Part shown: positions 38,215 to 51,692 of the stretch, in pieces
Numbering within the stretch: position 1 is the first letter of the stretch
How the letters are laid out: each line of letters opens with the position of its first letter
DNA from: Podarcis vaucheri
Lineage: Eukaryota
Direction: 5' to 3' (one strand)
Length of the DNA: 64,000 nt
NCBI GenBank assembly: GCA_965113315.1
Contig: OZ220369.1
The notes under the pieces: model-generated
Database searches by the model: none
Told to the model about the DNA's origin: nothing
The model's input: the letters and a program-made list of their open reading frames with translations, nothing else
Program-made: the position numbers and the translations under genes

Positions 38215-39570
38215 AGCTAGATGGTTAGGTGCTCTAGTGGTAAGTAAAGGAAAGAGTACCCAAGAGAAGGAGAGATGGAAATTAAAATGTCATGCACTAA
38301 AAAGATATTGCTCCTTTGCCATTTACAGTTTGCATTTTGTCCCATAGGGATGGCGGGGTGGGGGGTGGGGGGTGGGAGAGAGAGAGAGAGACCAAAAGCC
38401 ACCGAGCTCCTTGTTAATGAAGCAAGAGTGCTTCTCTGCCAAAAAGCAATACAAGCATCAAGTTTGTGGACAACTTAGAGGGAGAAGAATGATAGGGTAT
38501 AAATTTTACATTGTAAAAAGGGGGAATTGGTCTTTAGCTGCTGATACAGACCTCCACACAAAACCACACAGAGTGCTCATTTTAGCTTTCTAAGGAGACA
38601 CAGATCTCTCTTCTCATGGGAGGAGTATGAATACTGATTCCTGTTATTCTGAGGCCCAGGGACAGATCTATTCTCCAAAGGAGCAATAACTGGCCTCTCC
38701 TTTACAAGCTCAGAGGCAAGAAGGGCCAGCAATCATGGCAGGAGGAGTGGAGGGTGTTACAATGGAACCTGTTGGCAGCCCTTGCAAGCAGACGGCTCTG
38801 GCTTAGCACCTGCCATACTTTCTTCAAAGTGTCATCCCCACAAAACTGTGTGCTGACCAAAGGACATAAGACAATGGCCAGAGCACCAAAAATGACCCGG
38901 AAAGCGGCAAGCTGCCTTGCACTAGAGGAAAGGAACTAGGAACACAGGGCACGGTCAATGTTAAGAATGCAGGGACCAGCATCACGAGAGACAGAGAGGA
39001 AGCACACAAGGATCTTGTGATGAGACAAGTTACAGAAACACTAGAGCAGTGGCTACAAGGCACCAGTTCATGGAGCTCTCGAGGGAGCAGCTCCTTTCTG
39101 CTGGTTTAATCCTCATCAAAGAACTCTAACAAGGCATGCAAACAGCAGTGACTAATTGGGGATGTGGCTAGATTGGATGCCTTTCTGAATCCGCTTCTTC
39201 CCACTCCTTAGGTAAATATCTAACACACAGCCCCTTTCCCTCACCCAGCAGCAAGAGTGCCTGTATTTAAGGATATGCCCCACCAAGGAGGTGCTGCTTG
39301 TGAGCCACTGTGTTCATTTCCTCCACCCGCCTCTTCTCCCTCCTCTAACCCATCCCCACTGAGCAGATGGCACTGCTCAACAGTATAATCAGGATTAGTC
39401 CCAACCTTTATTAATTAAACCAGCAAAATGCCTGGAAAGAACACCAGGGCACGGCAGGAGCTCCTGCTCCCGGTGACCCCCATGTCTGGAGCAAGAAGCT
39501 GGTTTGGCACCCTCTCCATTGTGTCCTTTGCTGCATCTCACTCTGACCCAAGCATGGTACCCATGATGCA

Positions 39571-39680
39571 TGATTCCTGAAGTTAAGCAGGTCAGTGCCT
39601 GGACAGGAAACCGCCTGGGAACCCCCTGTACACCACCCCTAGTCTTCATCGTGTCAGAAAGGTAGAACAGAAATAAAATA
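39571..39680 (+). mobile_element. 5S rRNA-derived SINE-like remnant
   Basis: TGATTCCTGAAGTTAAGCAGGTCAGTGCCTGG-ACAGGAAACCGCCTGGGAA aligns by eye to the 5S internal control region (TGATCTCGGAAGCTAAGCAGGGTCGGGCCTGG..ATGGGAGACCGCCTGGGAA). Ends GAAAGGTAGAACAGAAATAAAATA. Confidence 0.55.
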
Positions 39681-41651
39681 TTTTTCTCCATGGAATTCAG
39701 TAAGAACTGAGCTAGCCCTCATCTGAATAACAATACCCTGAGTCCTCTCTCTTGGTCCTGCTAGAGCAAGAGGGGGGGGACCTTTCAGCCTGGTAGGCCA
39801 TATCTGCATCTTCCCCCATCCCAGTGGGACAATTCTGGCAGATGTGCAGGACCACGTACCTATCAATCATCTGATGGGGTGGGCAAAGATACTACCCAAA
39901 CAAGACTGAATTCCCCATGCAAGATCAACCCTGCATCCTGCAGCCATGTCTCTGTGGAAAAGCTGATAGTAGCTTCAGAATAATGGTGTCATGGGCCAAA
40001 TGAGGAGGCCTGGTGGGCAACGTTTGGTCCATGGGCCAAATATTCCCCACTCCTGTGCTAGAATCTGATTTAGGCTCCTGCACCCTTGCTCTCCAACCAT
40101 GCATTGTCAGAGACAGGGAGATCAAGCTCCCTTAACCCCAAAGCTGCACCAAAGCAACAAGAAAGCCTTCCTCTCCTCTTCTTTCCAAGGGTGGTATCAA
40201 GGAAGCATCGAACACACCTAGCCACCTCTGTACCTGCAACAGAGACCAAGCAACTCTTCAAGGGATGGAGACAACCTTGTCTCTTGTCTCTCCACAGCAC
40301 AGAGAAGGACAGCTCAAATTATCAGATGTGCCCAACATGCAACTTTTTGTCAAGAGCGGGAGGCAACATTTAGAACTCACTGAACGTAAGTGGAATAGAC
40401 AGCTCATGGCTAAGTGCAACCAACATTTAATTAGCCTCTGTCAAACTGCTGTGTGTGTGTGTTTGTTCCATTCCCTGAAGCACCTTGTCACCTACAACTA
40501 AGCTAAGGCAAGACAACGTCCAAAACCAGTTACAACAACAGGATGCTTCCACTGCAATAGTGACTTAGTGACAGACCCCCATTTTTCCATATTAAATTGT
40601 GAAAGGGCCATCTACAGCTCTAGGCAATTTTTCCAAGCAGGTTACATTAGGATGTCAAACAAAGGACCAAGGAGTCTTATTCTCCAGAACGTTAAGAACC
40701 TCACCTAGGAAACTCTGGCTGGAGCCCTGCAGCAAACAGCCAAAGCTTTTGTTGTTGTTGTTGTTGATGATGATGATGTTATTTAAAAGATATAGGCCTA
40801 AACAACTCCTGAGATCCAAACTGCAAGCAGACAACAACTACTGGTTGTAAGTCACCTCCCGCAAAGGAGCAAGTTTGGCTGGTTTGTCTTGCCTGTATTT
40901 TTCCTCTCTTTAATCATCTATTCCCATAACAACTCTTTTAAGATTACACTGCTTACAATAGAGATAAGGAACTGTGCTTACTTTTAGGGTCTCTAAGCAG
41001 GATGGAGGTAAGCACTGGCAAGAGAGGAAGAAAAGTGCATGCAGGCCACTTTCAATCTCAAAAGTCACCTTCAAAACACACACAATGCTTCACTATTGAG
41101 TCATTAAAAAAAAACCACAACGGAAATGCCGTTCCCTTCTAAACAGTCAGGTTTACCGCCCCTCCCACCACCCCACACATGCCCTAACCCTTTGATACGT
41201 TCAGTGATGGCTTATGTAATTCATGAGCTGACATCCAGTCCTTCCATGAGCAGGCGTGGAGAGATATGGGAAAGCTTCACACCCACATGCATTGCAGCTC
41301 CACACTGGCTATGTGGGCGGGGCTTGCCATCATGCATGATGAGTCAGCATGTAAAAGAAATGAATTATGGGTGTGTAGGGAGGGGTGTGTGCCTCTGGCA
41401 CAGCAACTAGGTTATGCTGAATAGTTCTGAAAGCTGACACAGATACAGAACTGGGGCAGAGTAAAAAGATTAGCCGGAGCTAGAGCATGCAGAAAGGTAC
41501 AGGTGCTCCCTAGTCCCTCAAGCCCAAGGTTTCTGCAGGCGAAGCCACAGAATAACCATTCTTAGAACTATATTAGGGAAGGGGCCTGCTTAGTATTAAA
41601 AAGGTTCCAAGTTCAATCCTTGGCATGTCTGAATAAATGGTACTTCTTATA

Positions 41652-41893
41652 CAGTAGTACCTCGGATTACATACGCTTCAGGTTACATACGCTTCAGGTT
41701 ACAGACTCCGCTAACCCAGAAATAGTGCTTCAGGTTAAGAACTTTGATTCGGGATGAGAACAGAAATCGTGCTCCAGCGGCGCAGCAGGAGAAGGAGGCC
41801 CCATTAGCTACAGTGGTGCTTCAGGTTAAGAACAATTTCTGGTTAAGAATGGACCTCCGGAACAAATTAAGTACTTAACCCGAGGTACCACTG
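41652..41893 (-). mobile_element. MITE family B copy (inverted)
   Basis: TA TSD; reverse complement of 34514-34755. Confidence 0.92.
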
Positions 41894-42884
41894 TATACCA
41901 AAAGATTATAACCTCATGGCAAAATTAGTGACTTTTAATATGTGACGGGCCCCTAAAGAGAAAAAGTACTGTATTTTTTCCCCACCCACCCCCAAATCAT
42001 TTTATTCCAGGAAAAAACAACAATTCCGCCACTTGCCCCTGCAATGACTTCACCCTCTCCCCCACCCCCCATGACTTCACAGTTTCTGGAAATTTTACAT
42101 CGTCCTGTCCCCACAAGGGAGGGGGGGTGTCCACATTTCCCAGGCTTATCACAGAGGTGGATTAAAAAAAAAATCAGAGCCAGGAGGATGACAATGATAG
42201 CATCAAGAAACAATGCAGCTATTTTTGATTCTCCACAAAATGGAGCAGCGTAGAGAAAAGGGATAAGGCCTCAGTTGCGCAACAAGGCTAAGGAAGGACA
42301 TCCAAGCAATCACCTCTTTAATAATAAACTGGAGCAAAGAGCAAAAACAAATAAAAATCAATCATCTTTCAAGTTCCTCAGTAGATCTAGAATGTCAGTA
42401 CACACTGTTCTCAATTCTTAGTTTTCATTACACACACCCACACCACTCTAATTTGTACAAGTTCTCAACAAAATGACAAGGAGCAAAAGAGTGTTGTGTG
42501 CATGTATGTGTTCTAATGCAAATGAACACTCAAGTATGCCAGCCTTATATGCCAGCCTACAAAGTTTAGTACGCTTACCTGCACAAGATACTTATGCAAA
42601 TCTTTCATGACAGGTTTTTGGGGGTTTTTTAAAAAACAAAACAGTAAAAAGAACCATCCATTTTTGGAAAGCTGCTGTGCCTGGATGCCTGGAGGAAATT
42701 CTCACAGATCAGGGGGATGACTGCTACAATACCATACCGAAAATTGTCCTGCTAAAGAACAACATATTTTAGATATCGTGTTGATCCCAGAGCACTGGAG
42801 ACAGCAAGCAGATGAAGGGCCTAATGAAGAATGCTATGAAGCTCAGAAACTTGCACACTGTGAACAAACTAGACTGGGACAAGC

Positions 42885-43072
42885 CAAAACTCAGTGGTGG
42901 AGCTTCTGTTTTGCATAAAGGAGATTCCCTGGTTTAATTCCCAACATCTCCAAGTAAGTCTGGGAATGCATTCTACCTGAAACGCTGGAGAGCTGCTGCC
43001 AGTCAGAGTTGACAATACAGAGCTAGGAGAACCAATGGCCCAACTCAATATAAGGCAGCCTCCTACATGCCT
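42885..43072 (+). mobile_element. tRNA/CR1-tailed SINE
   Basis: CTCAGTGGTGGAGC..GGTTTAATTCCCAACATCTCC..GAGCTAGGAGAACCAATGGCCCAACTCAATATAAGGCAGCCTCCTA. Confidence 0.7.
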
Positions 43073-45135
43073 ACTAAATTCAGTCACTTGAGATAGCACT
43101 TCACTGACTTTACATCTCCAGCAAAGGAACTGTGGAGATCTGACAGTATGCTATCGTGCAGAAGTACTTCCAGACAACATAATAATGAGTTTATATTGTG
43201 CAAGCTTCTGTGCATTCGGAAGCCCTGATGGGGCCAGGCATGCTGCTCACTGAAACTTATCACGCACCCAGCACTAATCTGCTAGCTTAACATTATTCCT
43301 CTTTCACAGATGTTGCAATGGGTTAAGCACGACTTTCTGTTTTATACATAATTGCACCTGAATGATATGGAACCCATAAAACTAAACATTGATATGTGTG
43401 GGTGGGTATATTGGGTTGGGTGGGGGGAGTCCTCTAAAGTAAACTGTGCTAATGCATCACGTATACTGCCAAACACACAGATGTTTACACAGATGTTTAA
43501 AGCTCAGATTAGGACAGGAGAAGTAAATACACTGGGGGGTTGGGGAAATCTTTGTGGGGTTTGGCAAGCTCAATAGCTTCGGTTTTGCAGCAATTTCTCT
43601 CTCACTGGCAGGCTCCCTTTCACACTGCACAAAACAACCGTCAGCACAGCTGCTTCCGCCATCACCTGACAAAGGATGGGAAAATGCGCTGATCACAGCG
43701 CTGCAGGTTGAGCAGGATTAAATTGCCTCTGCTATCAAGTCACCGTCTCACCCACAGAGTGTTTCCTGGAGAGAGTCTAACCTCTCACAAAAGAGAGAAA
43801 ACAGCACGGACAAGGGAACATTTCCCCCATGCCGGCGAAGGAAATAAAAGTTATACGGAAAGAGAGAGAATGGGAGAAAGAGCACAAAATAGATCAGGAA
43901 CCCTTTTGGGGGGGACAAGGCTAAACGAAAAGAATCTGAGATGTATAGGAAGAAAATGAGAAACTCAGCACAGGGCAAGTTCTCAGCAGATCAGGTGCAT
44001 GCAGAGCTGCACGTAAGCAGCAATTCTGCAAGTGTGCAGAAAACGACCAAATAAAAAAATGTATTGGTGGAATGCAGCTTCATGAGAAACTCACATTTTA
44101 TTTTAGAAGTAGCCCCGAAAGCCATGTTGATAGGACTGAAAGAATGTGGGGAAAGTTCAGAGGCAGGGGAGACTGGGAAATTTTCAATTTGCACTGGTTG
44201 AGAAGATTCCACATCTGTGCCCAACCAGTAACTAGGAAAAACCAAGAAGAAAACATTGCAATTGTCTTTGTTGCAATTTCTGGTAGCCGGAGGTGTTGAA
44301 CGCAGGCCCTCCAGTACGGCTCTTTGAGTGATTTTTGAATTAGTGTTCCAGGAAGGGAGACTGAACGGAAAAGTAAAATAAAATTGAAGGATGACTTATC
44401 AAGGGAAACAAGGAATTCTGGAAGAGATTATGTCAACAAGATTGCAAGGGGGAGGAAGGGGGAGGTGTGGCACCAGCCTAACCAAGGCAGGGAACATCCT
44501 GAATCATAGAAACAGATGCCACCAAAGTTTGGGGAATTATTACACAGCTCTGCCACTTACTGAGATGTTCCAAGCACATTTAATAGCTTTTAAAGCTTTG
44601 GCATCACCCAACGCATACACAAAAAGCACCATCACCTGCAATGTTACAGGGGCTCCCTGTACCATTACAGTCATGCCAGCTCCAGCCAAGTGTTGGAAAC
44701 TGCTTGCCCCCTCAGAGCCCAAACTGCAATTGTTTTTACACTGCTAGCCAGGAAGGCACACACTGAAACTGGCCTTTCCCCTCTGCTTCTCTTCCAACAC
44801 TCTCCATCTCTCCAACTTCATCAATTTATAATACCCCTACCACCATTTACCATGCCATTACTTACATTTCTGGCTAATGTCTGTTCTCCCGCATGTATGC
44901 ACACCCCAATGGATTATTGCAAGTGAGAAAAGCACAATACATCAGCTCTTGGACAGAATCCTCCAACCACATTTTCCCACCTAAAACCATTTTTCAAGCA
45001 GCTTTTCTCCAAAGTAGAGGATGATTACTTTGGGTTTGAGAGACCCAACAGATAAGCACACACATAAACAGTGGGCAAAGTAACACACGATTCTTCCATG
45101 CCAATTCTTATTTAACTAAACTTATATCCCATTTT

Positions 45136-45570
45136 CCCAGTAGTGATGTATGGAAGTGAGAGCTGGACCGTAAAGAAGGCTGATCGCCGAAGAATTGATG
45201 CTTTTGAATTATGGTGCTGGAGGAGACTCTTGAGAGTCCCATGGACTGCAAGAAGATCAAACCTATCCATTCTTAACGAAACCAGCCCTGAGTGCTCACT
45301 GGAAGGACAGATCCTGAAGCTGAGGCTCCAATATTTTGGCCACCTCATGAGAAGAGAAGACTCCCTGGAAAAGACCCTGATGTTGGGAAAGATGGAGGGC
45401 ACAAGGAGAAGGGGACGACAGAGGACAAGATGGTTGGATCGTGTACTCGAAGCTACCAGCATGAGTTTGACCAAACTGCAGGAGGCAGTGGAAGACAGGA
45501 GTGCCTGGCATGCTCTGGTCCATGGGGTCACAAAGAGTCGGACACGACTAAATGACTAAACAACAACAAC
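45136..45570 (+). mobile_element. RTE-BovB LINE, 5'-truncated 3' end with (CAA)n tail
   Basis: Intact 138-aa frame MYGSESWTVKKADRRRIDAFELWCWRRLLRVPWTARRSN..HGVTKSRTRLND*, the BovB ORF C-terminus. 12-bp TSD ATATCCCATTTT (45124-45135 / 45571-45582). Confidence 0.95.
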
Positions 45571-45895
45571 ATATCCCATTTTTCTATCGGTTCTAATCCT
45601 TCAGGCAGTGCATGGTATGGAGGGATTATAACAACACTAGCTACAAAATTAAAACACAAGAAATGGCGTATCAGCTCAAAGACCCAGTCCACATCTCCAA
45701 AACCCTGCCTGAGATACAAACAAGCAAACAAAACATCTCCAAAACAAATGCCTTGGCTGAGATACTCTCTAAGAGCAAAGCAAGGCAACCAACCAACCAA
45801 CCAACCCATAGGGTCTAGGTGAGCAGCAAGCAGGGAGCCTAACAGAAGAGCAAAGTAGGCAGAGCCTGCTTTGCTTCAGCAGTTCCAAAGGAAAC

Positions 45896-46512
45896 AAGAA
45901 GAAGAAGAGTGTGGATTTGATATCCCGCTTTATCACTACCCTAAGGCGTCTCAACAGGGACGCGGGTGGCGCTGTGGGTTAAACCACAGAGCCTAGGACT
46001 TGCCGATCAGAAGGTCGGCAGTTCGAATCCCTGTGATGGGGTGAGCTCCCGTTGCTCGGTCCCTGTTCCTGTTAACCTAGTTCGAAAGCACATCAAAGTG
46101 CAAGTAGATAAATAGGTACCGCTCTGGCGGGAAGGTAAACACGTTTCTGTGCGCTGCTCTAATTCGCCAGAAGCGGCTTAGTCATGCTGGCCACATGACC
46201 CAGAAGATGTATGCCAGCTCCCTCGGCCAATAAAGCGAGATGAGCGCCGCAACCCCAGAGTCGGTCACGACTGGACCTAATGGTCAGGGGTCCCTTTACC
46301 TTTACCTTAAGGCATCTCAAAGTGGCTAACAATCTCCTTTCACTGCCTCCCCCACAACAAACACTCTGTGAGGTGAGTGGGGCTGAGAGACTTCAGAGAA
46401 GTATGACTAGCCCAAGGTCACCCAGCAGCTGCATGTGGAGGAGCGAGGAAGTAAACCCGGTTCACCAGACTACGAGTCCAGTGCTCTTAACCACTATACC
46501 ACACTGGCTCTC
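45896..46512 (-). mobile_element. Squam3B-like SINE (host, split by a Sauria SINE)
   Basis: Reverse complement of 6295-6532 once 45955-46320 is removed. Confidence 0.88.
45957..46307 (+). mobile_element. Full-length Sauria SINE (lacertid type)
   Basis: GGGACGCGGGTGGCGCTGTGGGTTAAACC head, GTTCGAATCC B-box, BovB-like 3' AGAGTCGGTCACGACT, (ACCTTT)n tail; 13-bp TSD TAAGGCRTCTCAA. Confidence 0.92.
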
Positions 46513-48064
46513 AGACTGATGGCCGATGGACCACAGCAACCATTCCTCTTCAACGAACCATGGCAGCAGTGGCATCATACTGGATCCTGTCCCTTCCAGA
46601 CCACTGAGTTCTAAAGGACCCTTGACCTATGGAAGCTACAGAACCCTGAGAGCGAGGGGCAGGGAAAGAACGGCTGACTGTGTTCCCAAACAATGACACC
46701 CAGAGTCACCAAGATTCTGGCCACAGCTAAGCACTAAAACACAGCTTTGACTCGGAGCAAACAAATGGTGTTTGCAATGTTTGCAAATTGGTACAAAGTG
46801 CCAGGCACCAATGGGGGTGGGGTGGAGAAACAGCACAGTGGTTGCGCTTGCAAGATCAGAGAGAAAAGGCCCCACTTACTGCTTCTCACATTAATACCCT
46901 CTAAGAGGTTTACATGCTTAGAGAGTCAGGTTTTAAAGATAATGTGAAATCAAGTCCAACAGAAATACTATGAGCTCATAATATCAAGGCAACTAAGCAC
47001 ACAGGGTAACTAAAAATATGGAGATGGCCGCTCCCTCCCACCAGCCCTGCCACCTTTGCTCAAGCAAGCCAGACAGATAAATCTTTTAACAAGATTTGCA
47101 TGGGTCATGTGTTACTAGTCTTAATAAACACAACAGGCCTATTCTTCTGCGAACTGTTAGTCTCATATTGCATGATAAAAAGGCACTGTGTTCAGCAAAT
47201 GCCTGATTAAAAAGGAGGTTATGAGCCGCCACTGCTGGAACAAAGGAAGGCTCCCTTTTGAGAGAATGAATATGAATACCCACCATACATTTAGAGCACA
47301 TGGCTTCCCTCCACGAATCCTGGGAACTGAAGTTTACCCCTTTGTGGAGCTGTAACTGCCAGCCCCTTCAACAAACTACAGTTCCCAGGGTTTTCTTTTT
47401 AAGCCGTGTGGTTTAAACGTATAGTGTGTACATAGCCAGAGAAGAGAGGGGTGCATTTAATTTTCCCCAGGGGGAGATTTTAAATAAATCTCTCCACTTC
47501 ACTCATAGGGTGGGTGGATGTAAAAGAATGTGTTCAAAATGGTCAACAGTCACATTTTTAAGGAGCACTAAAAGTCTGTGGAGGGAGCTGCTGAGTAAGT
47601 TTGTAAACTCTCTATGCAGTAGAGTTGGGAAAGAATGACACACGCTGTTAAAGCAAAATGGAGACTAGAGCAACAGCCAAGGCAGCATTTGCACTGTGTG
47701 TTTCTAACCGGCGTCCCCTTGCCAATCACCAATTTTGTAAATGTAAAAGATTGTAAAAAAAGAAGAAAAAGAACAGCTTAAGCCTTAAAGCACCCCGCTC
47801 TTGGTTTTTAAGAAGATAAACTGTATGTGCTCAATTCCCCCTGGAGGCAGGCATGGAGCTGGTATTGAGGCAGTGCAGCATAGTGGCTAGATTAGGGGTA
47901 GCTGACATGTAGTCCAATAGCATTGGGAGGGCACCCATTCCTATCACCCACAACCATTGGTCATGTTGCCTAGGGTTATTCTGGAGTTGTGACACGGTGA
48001 CTTCATTCCACTTCCTAATGAGTTGATGGCAAAATTTTATTGGGAACTTACTGATTCAGATGTT

Positions 48065-48305
48065 TGGGGGAGGTTGGGTGGCAGCAGCCAAGAGAGGACA
48101 TTCTCTGTGGTTGCCCCTACACTGGGCAATTCCTTCTCACTGGAGGTGCACCTGCCACCTTCAATCTATAGCTTTAGTCATATTCTGAAGAGGCACCTCT
48201 TTAGCTTTTTGACACCTGATAAATATGACCCACCCTATTCTTCTGATTATACATCACTTTAATTGATATTAATCTTCTCTTTTTGTAGCCTACCCTGGGA
48301 CCTTA
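48065..48305 (+). mobile_element. Old L2 3' fragment
   Basis: Degenerate ERTFSVVAPTLGNSFSLEV..FSHILKRHLF, the same region as the L2 end at 2310-2440. Confidence 0.6.
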
Positions 48306-48430
48306 TGGGGAAGAAGAAGTAAGAAGTAGGCAGTTGGCATCCATCTGTCTCGCGAGACAATGGAATAGTGTGCCATTGGGGTTTAAGTCCAACAGTGCCT
48401 GCTGTAGCTGTGAAGACCAAGTAGGAAGTA

Positions 48431-48431
<1 letters not shown>

Positions 48432-48473
<42 letters not shown>
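48432..48473 (+). repeat. (CTA)n microsatellite
   Basis: Read directly from sequence. Confidence 0.95.
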
Positions 48474-48474
<1 letters not shown>

Positions 48475-50499
48475 ATACCACCACCACCAATAATTAAGTT
48501 GCATCATACATACCACAGTACAGGGTTTATATTCTATATTATATTTTACCATCCAATGTGTTCTAGCTTGACTAGGTTTAGTACATCAGGCTTCCATCTT
48601 ATGCACACTTGCCTAGGAGTATACACCTTTAAACAAAGGGGAACTTGCTTCTGGGTAAACAGGCAAAGGATGGTGCTGTCTGCTATGTTAGCTCTCTCTC
48701 ACACACACATACACCCCAACCCAAACCACAACATACAAATATTTGGCACAGATCCTGTTTATGGCTCATTATTTTGTTGGGAATGACTTTAGCATGCATC
48801 AGTGTTGTTTTCTTCCCCCTCCTGCTCAGTAATAAAGTGGGGGAAAGCAATCTGGAACTGGTTGCAAGAGCCGTTAACGAAGCCCAGGTTATGAATGCAA
48901 AATGAAGAGAGTGCCATGTCAATTCGGGTCATGGTTTTTTTATTAAAAAAAAGTAGAAGGGGGAGAGAAACAGATAATATATCCAACTCACAGAGCCGCA
49001 AAACTAGCAGATAATTGCACTTGGCTGACAGAGACTGTAAAAGAGGAAGAAAATAAAATTACTGTGGCACAACAGCTCTTATGCTTGCTGAGCTCACAGT
49101 GAGAAAAGCTCTCTGGGAGAAAGATAACCCAGAGAAGTGGAGAGTGGTGGGGGGTGACAATTTGACTTCAAAAGTTTTGCAGAAGACTACAAATTTTTAA
49201 GAATAGATAAGCAAAATGTCTCTCTCCCCCCCCCCCGGCCTTTTAAGCATTCTGCCTCTTGGACAAGGACATTGACACTGGGTGCAAGGCTCACTAGTTA
49301 CCCAGACAGTCACATAGGCGTCTTTGGCCTTTGAAACAGTTCCCGAAGAGGTGACTTGCCAAGCTTTGCCCACACAACTGCACCAGCTCACAGTGCTTGC
49401 TGAGCAAACAAGGGCAATTCTACAGTGAGCCCACACCAAGGCGATCCTTACTATTATTCATTGGTATTATCAGATTTAAGACCTGCCCTTCACCATGAGG
49501 TCCTAGGGTGGGTCACAACAATGTAGAACGCAACCTTTAAAATACTTTAAAACAAATCCTGTGTCATCATCTCAGTGGGAAGGAGAGGCTGAGGGGGGGG
49601 CGTATTTTTAAAAAAGAAAGACCTTTTTCTTTTAAAAAACATTTCTGGCTTGCCTTTCTATTTACTAGAACACAACTGAGACAATTTACAAACTGCCAGA
49701 ACTCAGCAACCAAGAAAATAATAGGTTAATTATTAAAAAAAGAAAGCAAGCAACAGAATAACCGTGGAATCCTAGCCATGTCAACTCAGAAGTAAGCCCT
49801 ATTGAATTCTATGAAGCTTCCTCACAGGGTTAGGCCTGTAATCTATGACAGCAGCAGCGCAAGCCATAACGGCCATCATCTGTTTCAGAAGACTTGCGAA
49901 ACAAAAATGCCTTTTATCTGCCAGGATGGAGGGCGGCTCCCTATACCTAGCTCACATGTTTGGGCAAGAGAGAGGAGACACCAACTAAGTGAGCAAATTA
50001 AGCATGAATGATTTGCTCTTAGCTGGGCTGCAGGCCTGGTGCAGTTCCACACAAGCACTGAACATCACTTCCTGAGAAGTTCAACATCCACCTGAGGGAA
50101 AGCTTCTAGGCCTCACTCGTTGCAACCATCTGCATCAAAGTATGTGGCTAGTGTCTGCTGGAACCACCAATGTCCGAAAAAAGCAACTGGAAAGATATGC
50201 AGTGGTTAAAGGAGCATGCATAGCTCCTTGCCCCCTTCCCAATTGATAGCAAAACCAGAATATTAAGCAAAAGAAACATTGTGCCCAACTGTGCTCTGTT
50301 GGCATAATATATGCAAGTCAGAGAATTCAACTTCCTTATGATTACTGTGGGACAAGTTTTCAAGCTGTTTCAAATGGAAAACACTCAGCCCTGGCCAGGG
50401 GTGGTGCAAAGTATAGTTCAGCAACAAGTGGGGGGTCAAAGGTTCCCCACACCTGCAACAGTGAGTCTTGATCCAGCAGCTGAAGACCACAAGAAGCAG

Positions 50500-50782
50500 T
50501 GATGGCCACCAGCTTGGATAGCTTTAAAAGAGCCATCATTTAAATTCAAGGAGAATAAGTACCACTAACTACTAAACCTGATGGACAGATTCTACCTCCA
50601 CAGTTGGAGGTGCTATGTTTTTGCGTATCAGTTGCTAGAAACTACAGGTAGGGAGAGTGATGTTGGACTCAGGTACTGCTTGAGGGCTTCCCATAGGCAT
50701 CTGCTTGGTTGCTTTGAGAACAGGATGCTGGACTAGATGGAGCACTGGTTTGATCCAGCAGGTTCTTCTCGTGCTCTTATGA
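50500..50782 (+). mobile_element. CR1 LINE 3' fragment
   Basis: GTGATGGCCACCAGCTTGGATAGCTTTAAAAGAG ... GGATGCTGGACTAGATGGAGCACTGGTTTGATCCAGCAGG. Confidence 0.65.
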
Positions 50783-51649
50783 AGAGTGGGGGCCTTACAG
50801 TACATTATGCTTCCAAGCAGATACAAAGAACTCACAATCCAAGGAGAAGGGACCAAGCCCATTCATTTACCCTATAATCCTTGGCAAAAAGAAAAGTTAA
50901 TTAACCTCAATTTCCATGTGAATCTATCTCACCAATAAATTTCTAATCTGCATGTGTTGCTGAACCAGCAAAAAACAAATTGCAGCAGCCATGTAGAAAT
51001 CAAATCCTAACCAACAGGTTCAAACAGCATTTTAGAAATGCTAGGGAATCAGCCAAGATATACTCCCTCAACTCATCCAGTGGAGCCTCCCCAAGTGAGG
51101 AGGAGGGGGAACTAAGTCTAGGTTCACTGCATTGAGGAGAGGGCGGGTGGAGGTCGTTTCTGCCCCCTTTGATCTGTCTGGTTCAGTCATGTTCTCATTA
51201 AGCCAGCCATAAATAAGACTGTCACTGAGAAAGGAAGGAGAGTTGTTGGGCGTGAAATGCAGCTTCACACATCAGCACTTTGAAGACAGAAAGTGACATC
51301 CAAGTGCTAAGTATATTGTCCTTTTCCGCTGTCTCCACTTACCCAGCTGTATTTGGGGAGAAGCTAGTACAGGCTACAGGCTGGGAGTCAGAAATGGAAA
51401 TCAGGTAGTTTCTCACAGGAGTGCTAGTAAGGTACACATTTCATGTGTAAATTGGAAATGTGGGGTTGCACTCAGAAATTACCTCCAATACCTGCAAGAT
51501 GCTCCTGAAATGGTAAAAAAGCACTGGACTTTCAAGTGGCCTCTCTAAGCACATCTAGGTTCGATTGCTGCAGCTTGTATCAACACCCAATACAGACCCA
51601 GTATAAGTAACGTTCCAATAACTCATGGCTTCAGCCATGCATATTATAT

Positions 51650-51692
51650 GCTGTAAGCTGCCCAGAGTGGCTGGAGAAATAACAACAACAAC

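Noticed and set aside
39571-39625. Functional 5S rRNA gene
   Set aside because: Partial, internally deleted and diverged; treated as a SINE/pseudogene remnant.
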